Below are positions 1-10,410 of a stretch of DNA of 64,000 bases, piece by piece; the first letter of the stretch is position 1; each line of letters begins with the position of its first letter. The stretch is from Spirochaetota bacterium (GTDB taxonomy: Bacteria; Spirochaetota; UBA4802; JAFGDQ01): NCBI GenBank assembly GCA_043803405.1, contig JAZDKB010000029.1, positions 8,106 through 72,105 of the forward strand, in the 5' to 3' direction. Under the pieces are notes generated by a model, which saw nothing but the letters and a program-made list of their open reading frames with translations, was not told the DNA's origin and did no database searches. The position numbers and the translations under genes were made by a program.

Positions 1-1
1 C

Positions 2-1396
2 CATCCATTAGATAATAATTTACCAGTGAAAATTGATAGAAGTATTAAATTTGTTACTACTGGTAATTTTAGAAATATAGACATGTTGGAACCAATTATT
101 AATGCATTAGATTATTTAAATGGAAAAATTGATTTTAAATTATCCATTGTGGGTCCGATTGTAAATGTTGATATTAATAATTATTTAGATAGAGACTATA
201 TTATTTATTGTGGAAATAAGGATTTAAAAGGAGTAGCGAATATATTAAACGATAGTAATATTTTTATATATTCTCATCTAAACCCTCCTTGTCCCAACTC
301 AGTTTTGGAAGCAATATCCTGCGGTCTCCCGGTTGTGGGTTTTAACAGCGGCGCCATGAGTGAACTTTGCTGGTTTTCCAAAGATCTGCTGGCACCTGTT
401 TCTGATGAAATTTTCCAAAGATATGAGGACTTCGACTATAAAAAACTAGCGGAAAAAATAATGTTAGCAGTTGAAAATTATGACAAATATAAAAAGATTG
501 CCATGGATCATACACACCTTTATTCTTTTGAGGAATGTGGCAATAGCTATATTAATGTTTTTAATAATCTGTTAATGAATGGAACTGAGACATATAAGGA
601 AAAGCCGGCTAAATTCAATTTGGCAAAAAAATTATTTAATAAAATTACTAAAAAAAATAAATTAAGTTCAATAAATAATCCTGATATAGTAAAAAAAAGC
701 TCTAATGATGTAGTTGATTATCTGCTTGATATTATTAGAAAAAAATCAGATATTCTTTCTCCTCCTGAATCATTGTGTTTTCTTTTTGATATCGATAATA
801 AATTATATGACCTTGAAGGACGTGCTTCCATAAGATATGGAGACGGTATTCATACAAAGCACAAGCATATCAAATACCATGATTTTTTTATTGAAAATAC
901 ACCCGCAGGCAGCAAGGTGCTCGATATCGGTTGCGGAAACGGCGCATTGGCCTATGACATTGCTACTCATGTCCTGAAAGTTACAGTATATGGGATCGAT
1001 CTTAACCAGGATAATATTAGCGTTGCGAAAAATCGATTCATGAATGAAAATATTGTTTACGTGTGCGGTGACGCCTTAAAAGATCTCCCGAACGATATTT
1101 TTGATGTTATTGTTTTATCGAATGTTCTCGAACATCTCGAAAACCGGGTTGAGTTTTTAAATGAAATAAAAACACGATATAATCCCAATAAATTTTTAAT
1201 CAGGATCCCAATATTCGAGCGGGATTGGCGTGTGCCATTAAAGCGTGAACTTGGGATCGATTATCGATTGGATTCAACTCATTGTATCGAATACTCGCAA
1301 GATGAATTTTTTAACGAAATCGCACAGGCTGGCTTGCAGGTGGAAAGTTATAAGATCAACTGGGGAGAAATCTGGGCAGTTGTTGTAAAGAAATGA
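2..1396 (+). CDS. GT4 glycosyltransferase (C-terminal part) fused to a class I SAM methyltransferase; 5' end outside the window
   Basis: The frame is open from position 2. GT-B motif PPCPNSVLEAISCGLPVV is followed by methyltransferase motifs VLDIGCGNG and FDVIVLSNVLEH. Confidence 0.85.
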   Translation, partial: HPLDNNLPVKIDRSIKFVTTGNFRNIDMLEPIINALDYLNGKIDFKLSIVGPIVNVDINNYLDRDYIIYCGNKDLKGVANILNDSNIFIYSHLNPPCPNSVLEAISCGLPVVGFNSGAMSELCWFSKDLLAPVSDEIFQRYEDFDYKKLAEKIMLAVENYDKYKKIAMDHTHLYSFEECGNSYINVFNNLLMNGTETYKEKPAKFNLAKKLFNKITKKNKLSSINNPDIVKKSSNDVVDYLLDIIRKKSDILSPPESLCFLFDIDNKLYDLEGRASIRYGDGIHTKHKHIKYHDFFIENTPAGSKVLDIGCGNGALAYDIATHVLKVTVYGIDLNQDNISVAKNRFMNENIVYVCGDALKDLPNDIFDVIVLSNVLEHLENRVEFLNEIKTRYNPNKFLIRIPIFERDWRVPLKRELGIDYRLDSTHCIEYSQDEFFNEIAQAGLQVESYKINWGEIWAVVVKK

Positions 1397-1426
1397 TTAT
1401 GTTTTTAAAAGTGTTAATTACTTTTT

Positions 1427-2461
1427 TTGTTTTATTTTGTAAAAGGAAAAAAATTTAATATTTGTATGTGTCCAATAATAAAAAGCGGTTATGATGTTAA
1501 TCCTAAAGTAACTGTTCTCATGTCTGTGTATAATGGAGATAGATATTTACGTGAAGCAATAGAGAGCATTCTAAGCCAGACCTTTACTGATTTTGAATTT
1601 TTAATAGTAAATGATGGAAGCACAGACTCATCAAAAGATATTATTCTAACATATAACGATTCAAGAATACGTTTAATTGATAATGGGCATAATCTTGGCT
1701 TGACTGCATCTTTGAATCATGGCCTCGATCTGGCAAAAGGGGAATACATTGCGCGGATGGATGCAGACGACATAAGCCTTCCAGAAAGGTTGGAAAAACA
1801 AGTAGCATTCATGGATGCAAATAATAATATTGCAGTATGTGGAACATGTGCAGAAATAATAAATGATAAAAAGGAAAGAGTTGGTGAGTTTACAAATCCG
1901 GAGTTGCCGGATAATATAAAGACTGCATTGTTTTTTTTTAATCCCATTGCGCATCCAACTGTTTTAATGAGGAAAAATATAATAATTAAAGCTGGAAAAT
2001 ATAATACTGAATATTTAAGAACTCAGGATTATGAACTCTGGATCAGGCTTTTTTTAAGCGGGCATGAATTTTATAATTTACAGGAAAGACTAATTATATA
2101 TCGCAATCATGAAAACAATATCACAAACTCAGACTTGAATAATCAATTATTTTATGCTGAAAAAAGTTTGCAATATTTATACAAAACATACCTTAATCAA
2201 AATAATTTTTCTTTTATTAAAATATTTATTCAATCACTGACTAGTCAGAGCATAAGTATAAGTATATGTATGTTCTTTAAATTTTTATTCTTATTAAGAA
2301 AATTAAAAGTACGTTTACAAATAGATGAAAAAATACATAATTTTTTATGGTTTAATCAGATTGTTGAGGTAATTATAAATAAAATAAAAAATGCAGAAGA
2401 CAGTAATACTAGAAGATATTTAATGGATAGAATAATAATGGTTATAGGATTATACAGATGA
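1427..2461 (+). CDS. GT2 glycosyltransferase (start uncertain)
   Basis: PKVTVLMSVYN, IVNDGSTD, ARMDADD, QDYELW. Confidence 0.9.
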   Translation: MFYFVKGKKFNICMCPIIKSGYDVNPKVTVLMSVYNGDRYLREAIESILSQTFTDFEFLIVNDGSTDSSKDIILTYNDSRIRLIDNGHNLGLTASLNHGLDLAKGEYIARMDADDISLPERLEKQVAFMDANNNIAVCGTCAEIINDKKERVGEFTNPELPDNIKTALFFFNPIAHPTVLMRKNIIIKAGKYNTEYLRTQDYELWIRLFLSGHEFYNLQERLIIYRNHENNITNSDLNNQLFYAEKSLQYLYKTYLNQNNFSFIKIFIQSLTSQSISISICMFFKFLFLLRKLKVRLQIDEKIHNFLWFNQIVEVIINKIKNAEDSNTRRYLMDRIIMVIGLYR

Positions 2462-4617
2462 GGGTTCTATTAGTAAGTCATTTTTTTCCACCAGTTAGTT
2501 ATTCTGGTACTGAAATTTATACATATAATCTTGCGCTTGCATTGATAAAACTAGGGCACGAAGTTTATGTTGTAAATCGCTCTCATTCGGATAAATACAA
2601 TAACTATACAATTCAAATTAAAAGTTATGATGACATCCCAATAATTTATATTAATAAATATTTGTATAAGGAAAGTTTTAAAAAGACATATTTTGATGAA
2701 CAAATTGACAAATTATTTACCAGGATTATTTATGCAGTTAATCCAGACTTGGTACATATTAATCATTTATCCTTTTTATCGATGGGGATAGTTGATGTTA
2801 TTAAAAAGTTAAATTTACCAATTGTAATGACTCTGCATGATTATTGGCTAATTTGCCCACAGTTCCATCTACATAAAAATTTTAAACTTTGCTATTCAAA
2901 AAATGAAATAGATTGTTCTATATGCATTGAAAATCAACATTATCCTAAAGATGTTGATTTGATAAAAGAAAGAAATTTAATAGCTGCTGAAATTTTAAGT
3001 AAAATAGATGTGCTAATATCACCATCTGAATTTTTAAAAAATAAATATGTTGAATTTTTTAATATTGATCCGGAATCAATTCTTCATATCAAAAATGGTA
3101 TATCAGTATATTTTCAAGCAAATCGTAATGTTATTCAACAAAAATCGATAAATAAAACGATTTTGGGATTTTTTGGGAATATAATATGGACTAAAGGACT
3201 TCATGTTTTATTAGAAGCATTTGACAAACTCGATAAATGGAAATATGATTTATGTATTTACGGAAAGCTTGAAGCTTCCTATGGAGTTTTTCTGGATGAT
3301 AAATACCCATGGTGGCGAAAGTATTATCATGGGGAATATAAAAATTTTGAATCAATCAATTTGATGGCTGGTAGTATTGATATACTGATTTTCCCTTCAA
3401 TTATTTATGAAAATTATCCGACGGTTGTTAATGAATCATTATGTGCAGGCATACCTGTTATATGCGTTAATAATGGCGGGGCACCGGAATTGATCCAGGA
3501 AAATTTAACCGGGTATTTTTTTAATAATCTTGATGTTGAGGATTTAATTAATAAAATTAAATTATTGGATCAAAATACATTAAACAACATAAAACCTAAT
3601 TTATTGAATTTTAAACCATATTCATTTGATGAGCATGCTATTAAAATTAATGAATTATATAGCACTTATAATACTCTTGTATCAAAGAAAAATGATATGT
3701 TAATTTATAATAGTGTCAATACGTTATTGAGATTATTAGATTATACAGAAAGCAATTCATTTGTTTCAACACTTTTTTTGGATATGGGGAACGGATTTAA
3801 TGGCAATGAACTTATTCAGCAGATTTTAGTAGTAGCTGAAAATGATAAAATATCTGTTAATTTTAATTTAAAAAATTTTAAAAATATTCAGCGAGTTCGT
3901 TTTGATCCATTGGAAAATCAATTTTGTAAGTTAAAAATTAATAGAGTAATAGTTGAAAATTTAGAAGACAATAAAGAATTAATTTTCTCGGAATTTTTAG
4001 ATAAAATAAGCTTTAACGGGAAATTACTTAAAAACGGATTAATCAATTTTGAGACCTTGGATCCACAAGTAGTATTGCCGATTTCTGGCGAAATTCAACA
4101 GTTAACAATAGATGGTGAATTACAATTATTTGATATAAGCACTAGAGCAACTGATTTGATAAGTCAGAAAGACAAAGAGATAAGTCAGAAAGACGAGTTA
4201 TTAAAACAAAAAGAGAATGAAGCAAAAGGAAAAGAGGATATAATAAATGGAATATTAAATTCGAGAACCTGGAGATGGGGGAATAAAATTGATGTTTTTA
4301 CTAGAAAATTGATGCCAAAAAATGGATTTGCGAGGACAATTGTAAGTATAGGTAAATTTCTTTTAATTGAATTAGGGCGCTGGTTAACAAGTCCAAAGTT
4401 TCAATTAAAGAGGTATTTCAGATGGATGGCTAGGGAAGCTAGACTTATTTATCATATAATACCTTTTAGCGACAAAATGAGGAACATACATAAATTATTT
4501 TTAACAAAATATGCTCCATCAATTTTACGTGCTGCTAACATCAATCCTTTAATAGTTAGATCACATTTTATACATAAAGACAACAAATCAAACCTTTTTG
4601 GAAAAAGAAATAAATAA
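2458..4617 (+). CDS. GT4 glycosyltransferase with C-terminal beta-rich domain, coiled coil and SRTWR amphipathic tail
   Basis: SHFFPP..GTEIY, TLHDYWLICP, ENYPTVVNE; heptads ISQKDKEISQKDEL. Confidence 0.85.
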   Translation: MRVLLVSHFFPPVSYSGTEIYTYNLALALIKLGHEVYVVNRSHSDKYNNYTIQIKSYDDIPIIYINKYLYKESFKKTYFDEQIDKLFTRIIYAVNPDLVHINHLSFLSMGIVDVIKKLNLPIVMTLHDYWLICPQFHLHKNFKLCYSKNEIDCSICIENQHYPKDVDLIKERNLIAAEILSKIDVLISPSEFLKNKYVEFFNIDPESILHIKNGISVYFQANRNVIQQKSINKTILGFFGNIIWTKGLHVLLEAFDKLDKWKYDLCIYGKLEASYGVFLDDKYPWWRKYYHGEYKNFESINLMAGSIDILIFPSIIYENYPTVVNESLCAGIPVICVNNGGAPELIQENLTGYFFNNLDVEDLINKIKLLDQNTLNNIKPNLLNFKPYSFDEHAIKINELYSTYNTLVSKKNDMLIYNSVNTLLRLLDYTESNSFVSTLFLDMGNGFNGNELIQQILVVAENDKISVNFNLKNFKNIQRVRFDPLENQFCKLKINRVIVENLEDNKELIFSEFLDKISFNGKLLKNGLINFETLDPQVVLPISGEIQQLTIDGELQLFDISTRATDLISQKDKEISQKDELLKQKENEAKGKEDIINGILNSRTWRWGNKIDVFTRKLMPKNGFARTIVSIGKFLLIELGRWLTSPKFQLKRYFRWMAREARLIYHIIPFSDKMRNIHKLFLTKYAPSILRAANINPLIVRSHFIHKDNKSNLFGKRNK
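4158..4194 (+). repeat. Two-copy tandem repeat (gataagtcagaaagac, period 21) encoding coiled-coil heptads
   Basis: Identical 16-mers at 4158 and 4179. Confidence 0.85.
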
Positions 4618-4797
4618 CAAAAATTTTTATGGACAAATATTTGATTCTTATTTTATTGATATAGGCGTTCCTGAGGATTATGAGAGATCAAAAATAGAAC
4701 TAGAAGCCATCTCAAAATTGTCTTAAAATAATAATATACCCTAATAAGACCAAGGAATAGAGCATATGGATATTTTTACTTTGGATGGTGCACATAA

Positions 4798-5853
4798 ATG
4801 AAAAATTTTTACCCGTTGGTTTCGATTGTAATTCCGGTATATAACGGCTCCAATTTTTTACGTGAGGCAATAGACAGTGCACTTGCGCAGACCTATCAAA
4901 ATTTAGAAATAATTGTCGTGAATGACGGCTCTTACGATGATACGGAGAACATTGCACTTTCGTACGGGGATAAGATCCGATACATAGCTAAAAAGAATGG
5001 TGGAACCTCCACAGCGTTAAATTTAGGTATTGAGAATATGCGTGGAGAGTATTTTTCGTGGTTAAGCCATGACGACTTGTACTATCCCCAAAAAATAGCG
5101 AGGGCAGTGGAAGAGTTATCTAAGTTAGATAATAAAGACACGATTATTATCTCCGATGTTGATGGCATGAACGAGGATTATACAAGAACTTTTCCTACTG
5201 CACTATATCAAGCGCACAGAGATGCGTATCCGAAGAGGAATTCTTCTTATTTATACCCTGTTGTTTACAATAAAACACATGGCTGCACGCACTTGATTTC
5301 AAAGAAAGTTTTCGAAACAGTCGGGTTATTTGATGTAAAAGAGTTAGTCGCTCATGATTTCGAGTTTTATTACAGAGCATTTGCAAAGTTTCCGCACCTG
5401 TACATAGATGAAGTGCTGGTTACAGCCCGTGAGTCCTCCAGCAGACAAGGCAAACGATCGCATACTCGTGGAAATGTTGAGTATAGTCTGCTCTATATAG
5501 ACATTTTAGAGCATCTCAGCGAAGAAGAAATATTTGACATGGCTCCCACAATGGATGAATTTTTACGTGACATGGAATCCTTCTTTTTCTACGCAGATTA
5601 CTCTATTGCACTTGACTATCTTGAGGTGGTGGCAGAAGGGAAGGGTATTAAAACAAAATATGGGAGACGAAAACTAAACGGAGTTACTGTTCTGAGCGAA
5701 AGCAATGTGCCTTCTGAATCCAACCATGAATCACCGCGCCAAATATCACGCTATAATATCCCTGTCAGAATTGTGAGAGCAATAAAACGACACGGATTGG
5801 TTGGAGTGCTCAGAATAATATCTACCAAGCTTAGAGCCAAGATAGCTTCATGA
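4798..5853 (+). CDS. GT2 glycosyltransferase
   Basis: PLVSIVIPVYN, VVNDGS, WLSHDD. Confidence 0.9.
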   Translation: MKNFYPLVSIVIPVYNGSNFLREAIDSALAQTYQNLEIIVVNDGSYDDTENIALSYGDKIRYIAKKNGGTSTALNLGIENMRGEYFSWLSHDDLYYPQKIARAVEELSKLDNKDTIIISDVDGMNEDYTRTFPTALYQAHRDAYPKRNSSYLYPVVYNKTHGCTHLISKKVFETVGLFDVKELVAHDFEFYYRAFAKFPHLYIDEVLVTARESSSRQGKRSHTRGNVEYSLLYIDILEHLSEEEIFDMAPTMDEFLRDMESFFFYADYSIALDYLEVVAEGKGIKTKYGRRKLNGVTVLSESNVPSESNHESPRQISRYNIPVRIVRAIKRHGLVGVLRIISTKLRAKIAS

Positions 5854-5894
5854 TTATCCCTTGATTGAGTCGAACAAAGACCTGGATAAGCGAT

Positions 5895-5993
5895 GAACAG
5901 GCTGAAATAGAACTTGGTTGGTAGAGAGAAGTGTCATTTGACGAATTGGATAAACGAATAGTGCATAATAACGAGAGCACGATGTCCAAATGA
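5895..5993 (+). pseudogene. Remnant resembling the C-terminus of GDP-mannose 4,6-dehydratase
   Basis: Translates EQAEIELGW*REVSFDELDKRIVHNN, with an in-frame TAG at 5922. Confidence 0.5.
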
Positions 5994-6008
5994 GAATATG
6001 GTGCGTGT

Positions 6009-7253
6009 ATGAAAATGATCTTATATATTTTGCGTCTTATTAAGCGGATTATCAAAGCAATTTTGCCGCGTGAGATCTGCGAAAAATTACGTAATTGGTT
6101 TGACAGAAATTTTATTTCACGCAACAAAAAAGTGAAATTAAGTCGGCGTTGTTCCACAAAACTACCGAGGGGTGTAAATCTTTTTGCACACTGCTTAGAA
6201 AACAGTGCAGGTGTGAAAGCTCGCTTACTGCAACAAGCGTTAGAAGCCGCAGGAATCCCGTATCATATAATTGATTTAAGTAATCCTCAAATATCCAAAT
6301 CCGAGTTGAAAGATAAAAAATTATATAATGCAAACATAGTCTCCTGCCATGCCGCCTCTGTAACGCCGATGAATATACTTTTATTTGGCATTGACTTGAA
6401 AAATCACTACAATATCGGTTTCTGGGCGTGGGAATTGGCCCAACTCCCCAACACTTTTTGTTCAGGACTTAATATGTTTCAGGAAGTGTGGACGATTTCT
6501 GGTTTTTGTACAAACGCGATTGAGAAAAAAGTGTCGGTTCCAACATTGACCGTCCCTCTTTATGCGGAACCTAATAGGACGGTTATGGAAAACGGCAGAG
6601 TTCATTTTAATATTGAAAAAGATGTGTTCCTGTTTTTGTTTGCGTATGACTGCACCAGTTATGTGTCTCGGAAAAATCCGCAGGCTGCCGTACAGGCATT
6701 TCTGAAGGCTTTTTCACCCGAAGACCGCCATGTTGGATTGGTGCTTAAACTGAATTATCCTGAGAATTACAAGGGGCATATTGAAGAACTGCAGAAAATC
6801 CTGTCTCCCTATCCTCATGTTTACAGTATCGCGAATTATTTGACAGATTATGAAATGAGAACATTAGTACATATATCAGATGCAGTTGTATCTCTGCACC
6901 GTTCTGAGGGATTCGGCCTGCTTCCGTTGGAAGCTATGTCGCTTGGTACGCCTGTAATTTCAACGGCGTGGTCAGGCAATATGGAATATATGAATCATAT
7001 GAACACCGCGTTAGTGGGTTATAATATGATTCCGGTGAATGGCCAGTATTGCGGATCAACGCCTGGAGACGATTTAGTCTGGGCAGACCCCGATATTGAT
7101 GAAGCGGCTGCACACATGCGTCGTCTAGTTTCCGATAAGAGTTGGAGAGAAAAACTGATAGCCAATGGCAAATATACAGCAGATGAATGTTATAATGTAA
7201 CGACCGTCGGTAAGATAATCCGTAACAGATTAGAGTTTTTAAAGCTGATTTAG
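6009..7253 (+). CDS. GT4 glycosyltransferase
   Basis: GFWAWEL, SRKNP, SLHRSEGFGLLPLEAMSLGTPVI. Confidence 0.9.
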   Translation: MKMILYILRLIKRIIKAILPREICEKLRNWFDRNFISRNKKVKLSRRCSTKLPRGVNLFAHCLENSAGVKARLLQQALEAAGIPYHIIDLSNPQISKSELKDKKLYNANIVSCHAASVTPMNILLFGIDLKNHYNIGFWAWELAQLPNTFCSGLNMFQEVWTISGFCTNAIEKKVSVPTLTVPLYAEPNRTVMENGRVHFNIEKDVFLFLFAYDCTSYVSRKNPQAAVQAFLKAFSPEDRHVGLVLKLNYPENYKGHIEELQKILSPYPHVYSIANYLTDYEMRTLVHISDAVVSLHRSEGFGLLPLEAMSLGTPVISTAWSGNMEYMNHMNTALVGYNMIPVNGQYCGSTPGDDLVWADPDIDEAAAHMRRLVSDKSWREKLIANGKYTADECYNVTTVGKIIRNRLEFLKLI

Positions 7254-7515
7254 CAGGATTAAAACCATTCTGAGAGGTATTGAAAATGAAATGGATAAAT
7301 CCCGGCCACTAACTGGATAAGTTGGGAGAGCGGTATCTTAAAGTCATATATATATGGCATCGATGAAAGGTGGTTTTTGTTCTTATTTTGGGGTATGTCA
7401 TAAGGGCGTTAATATTGAGAATTTCAAAGAGCAAGTTACGATGCAAAAAGTAGCTGTTGCCGTACAGATGCAAAGGTATCTAAAGAGTAGAAAGCGACAA
7501 GTCAAGGATGTATAA

Positions 7516-8931
7516 ATGAATAATTTGGTATCTATTTGTGTTCCCATTTACAATGCTGAGAAGTATTTAAAGCGCTGTGTAGACAGCCTTCTCAATCAAA
7601 CATATCGAAATTTGGAGATTGTTTTGGTAAATGACGGTTCAACCGATAGCTGCGGCTTGATTTGTGACGGATATGCCCGGCTTGATTCAAGAGTTGTCGT
7701 CGTGCATAAGGATAACGGTGGTGAAGCATCCGCTCGTAATGCAGGATTGCGTGCCGCTAAAGGCGATTATATCATGTTCATTGATAATGATGATGAATAT
7801 CTACCTAATGCTGTCGAGCTTATGATAGAAGCCGTAAAGTCAGATGAAGTGGATTTGGTGATTGGAGGGTGCCTTGAAAGACGTGGGCAAATAGAACACT
7901 TTGCCACTGGGCATCTGCGGAAATATTCTGCCAAGGAGGCAGCTCATGGTTATCTGTACTCTGATTGTAACTACGGTATAATCTATATAATATCAACAGT
8001 CTGGGCTAAGTTGTTTCGGCACGAAATAATCTGTGCCAATAGTATTTCGTTTGATGAGCGGTTTGTGGTGGGAAATGATATGGTTTTTATCTGTGAATAT
8101 CTGAAACACGCGCGAGCTGTATACGATGTGTTCGCGCCGATTTATGTGTACTACAAGTTTCATCCATCAGAGAGGGTTCAGGGGATGACATGGTTTTACC
8201 CGGATGCCTTTTTTTTGTTCGCATATGTGGCGGATAAAATGATAAAGATTGCACAACCAGATGAAAATGAGTTTAAACAAATCACCATAAAACAATATAA
8301 AGACTTACTTTACGGCTTAGTGAATGCGACCGCTAATAAAGAACATTTCAAGAATGGTCTGATGCCGTATTTAACCTCTTTCTGTAATGAAATTGATTTG
8401 TTACAAACAGGTGCGAGGTTAGACCTGGCTGAGGATTATATTAAAAAAGAAGAGGGCGCTCTCCCAATCAGGTTAATCTCTTATTTGATTGTTAACAAAC
8501 ATTTCAGTGAATTGTATGAAATGCTTCAGGCAATTGGCAGAGCAAGAAAAATAATCCCTTTCAAGGGCGAGCAAGTGCGCCAAATGATACAAGTAGGGGG
8601 CACAAGTAGCGGGAATCAAAGTGAATCAAGCTCAGCTAGCCTGATTCCGGTGAATGCAGCTCTTCTTTCAGGTCATTTCAATTTTACCGATGATAAATTG
8701 TTGGTTGAACAGCTGAATGAACTGGTTACAACCATCACAGCGCTCCAGCAGCAGATAGCTGCCTACGAAGCAAAAGTTCAAGGTTACGAAGCCAGAGTCC
8801 ATGATTACGAAGCCAGAATCAGTGTTTACGAAGCAAAAATAAACAATTATATTCGGTCGTACAGTTGGCGAATTACAAAGCCTTTACGCGCAACCAAGCG
8901 ATGGTTGAAAAAAATAATTAAGACTTCTTAG
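7516..8931 (+). CDS. GT2 glycosyltransferase with C-terminal heptad repeats and SYSWRITKPLR tail
   Basis: VSICVPIYN, VNDGSTD, FIDNDD. Confidence 0.9.
   Translation: MNNLVSICVPIYNAEKYLKRCVDSLLNQTYRNLEIVLVNDGSTDSCGLICDGYARLDSRVVVVHKDNGGEASARNAGLRAAKGDYIMFIDNDDEYLPNAVELMIEAVKSDEVDLVIGGCLERRGQIEHFATGHLRKYSAKEAAHGYLYSDCNYGIIYIISTVWAKLFRHEIICANSISFDERFVVGNDMVFICEYLKHARAVYDVFAPIYVYYKFHPSERVQGMTWFYPDAFFLFAYVADKMIKIAQPDENEFKQITIKQYKDLLYGLVNATANKEHFKNGLMPYLTSFCNEIDLLQTGARLDLAEDYIKKEEGALPIRLISYLIVNKHFSELYEMLQAIGRARKIIPFKGEQVRQMIQVGGTSSGNQSESSSASLIPVNAALLSGHFNFTDDKLLVEQLNELVTTITALQQQIAAYEAKVQGYEARVHDYEARISVYEAKINNYIRSYSWRITKPLRATKRWLKKIIKTS
8764..8847 (+). repeat. Four-copy 21-bp tandem repeat (tacgaagc...) encoding YEA(K/R)xxx heptads
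   Basis: tacgaagc at 8764, 8785, 8806 and 8827. Confidence 0.9.
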
Positions 8932-8958
8932 TTTCAGAATATTGACGAACGGTGGTAT

Positions 8959-10404
8959 GTGATCATGGTTTTCTCTTCTTCATTATTTTTATTTTTATTT
9001 ATTCCAATTTTTTTTAGTATATATTTTTTAACTATAAAAAAATATAGAAATATTACTGCATTATTAGGTAGTATGTTTTTTTATTTTTGGGGTGGTTCAA
9101 CTTTTATCTTTATTTTATTAGTTTCTTTACTTATTGACTGGCATGTTGCAAAAATTATTTATAAAGAGAAAAAAAAAGAATTAAAAATGTTTTATTTTAT
9201 TTCTATTATAGCTTCAGACATTTTTTTACTTGCCTACTTTAAATACTCTAATTTCTTTATTGCAAATTTTAACACAGTACTTTCTAAACTGCATTTTGCA
9301 CATATTCAGTGGACAAATGTTTTATTGCCAATTGGTATTTCATTTATTGTATTCCATAAAATCAGCTACATGATAGAAGTCTATAAAGACACCAAAAAAC
9401 CAACTGAAAAAATGAGGGATTATTTTTTATACATAATGCTATTTCCTATGGCAATTGCTGGACCTATCATAAAATATAACGACATTGCTGATCAATTAAC
9501 AAATAGAGATTCCAAATTCGAAGATATTTTATATGGTTTATTTAGGTTTTCTATTGGTATGGCTAAAAAAGTTTTGCTTGCTGATAATGTTGCATTAATG
9601 GCTGACCGAGTTTTTAGTACACAGCCAGAGCATATTGGACTATTGTTTTCCTGGTTGGGTATTTTGTGTTATGCACTTCAAATATACTTTGACTTTTCAG
9701 GATATGCAGATATGGCTATTGGCTTAAGTAGAATTATGGGCTTTAAAATTGCAGAAAACTTTAATATGCCCTATGTTTCAAAAAACATATCACAATTTTG
9801 GAAAAGATGGCATATCTCACTTACAAATTGGATGAGAAGCTATATATATATACCTTTAGGTGGCAGTAGATGTTCTAAAACTCGAAATTACTTTAATTTG
9901 TGGGTAGTATTTTTAATTTCCGGTTTCTGGCATGGTGCAAATTGGACGTTTATGATTTGGGGTATTATTCATGGAGTCTATATTTTAATAGACAAATTAT
10001 TCTGGATCGATTTTTCAAAAAAATTGCCTAAAGGAGTTAATATTGCAATAACTTATTTCCTAGTACTTATTGCTTGGGTATTCTTCCGATCTGAGTCATA
10101 TACTTATGCCTTAGGTTATATTCAATCGATGTTTAACTTTCATTTACTAATCGGTAAAGATGTAATACTTTCACAAGATAAACCGGTGTTTTATATTTCT
10201 AACGTAATTATTACAGCTTTCATCGTTTCATTGTTCATAACTTTCTTACCAGCATTTAAATTTTTTGAAACGTTAAAAAGTAAATATTTGAAAGTTATAA
10301 GTTCTGAAAGTTTTATGATGATCTCGACTATGCTTCTTTTAAGTATTTCGATTACAGTATGTGTTTCATCATCATTTAGCCCTTTTATTTACTTTAGATT
10401 TTAA
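8959..10404 (+). CDS. MBOAT O-acyltransferase, AlgI/PatA-like
   Basis: MVFSS, LPIGISF, QIYFDFSGYADMAIG, ENFNMPY, FWKRWHISL, SGFWHGANW. Confidence 0.95.
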   Translation: MIMVFSSSLFLFLFIPIFFSIYFLTIKKYRNITALLGSMFFYFWGGSTFIFILLVSLLIDWHVAKIIYKEKKKELKMFYFISIIASDIFLLAYFKYSNFFIANFNTVLSKLHFAHIQWTNVLLPIGISFIVFHKISYMIEVYKDTKKPTEKMRDYFLYIMLFPMAIAGPIIKYNDIADQLTNRDSKFEDILYGLFRFSIGMAKKVLLADNVALMADRVFSTQPEHIGLLFSWLGILCYALQIYFDFSGYADMAIGLSRIMGFKIAENFNMPYVSKNISQFWKRWHISLTNWMRSYIYIPLGGSRCSKTRNYFNLWVVFLISGFWHGANWTFMIWGIIHGVYILIDKLFWIDFSKKLPKGVNIAITYFLVLIAWVFFRSESYTYALGYIQSMFNFHLLIGKDVILSQDKPVFYISNVIITAFIVSLFITFLPAFKFFETLKSKYLKVISSESFMMISTMLLLSISITVCVSSSFSPFIYFRF

Positions 10405-10410
10405 TTTTGG

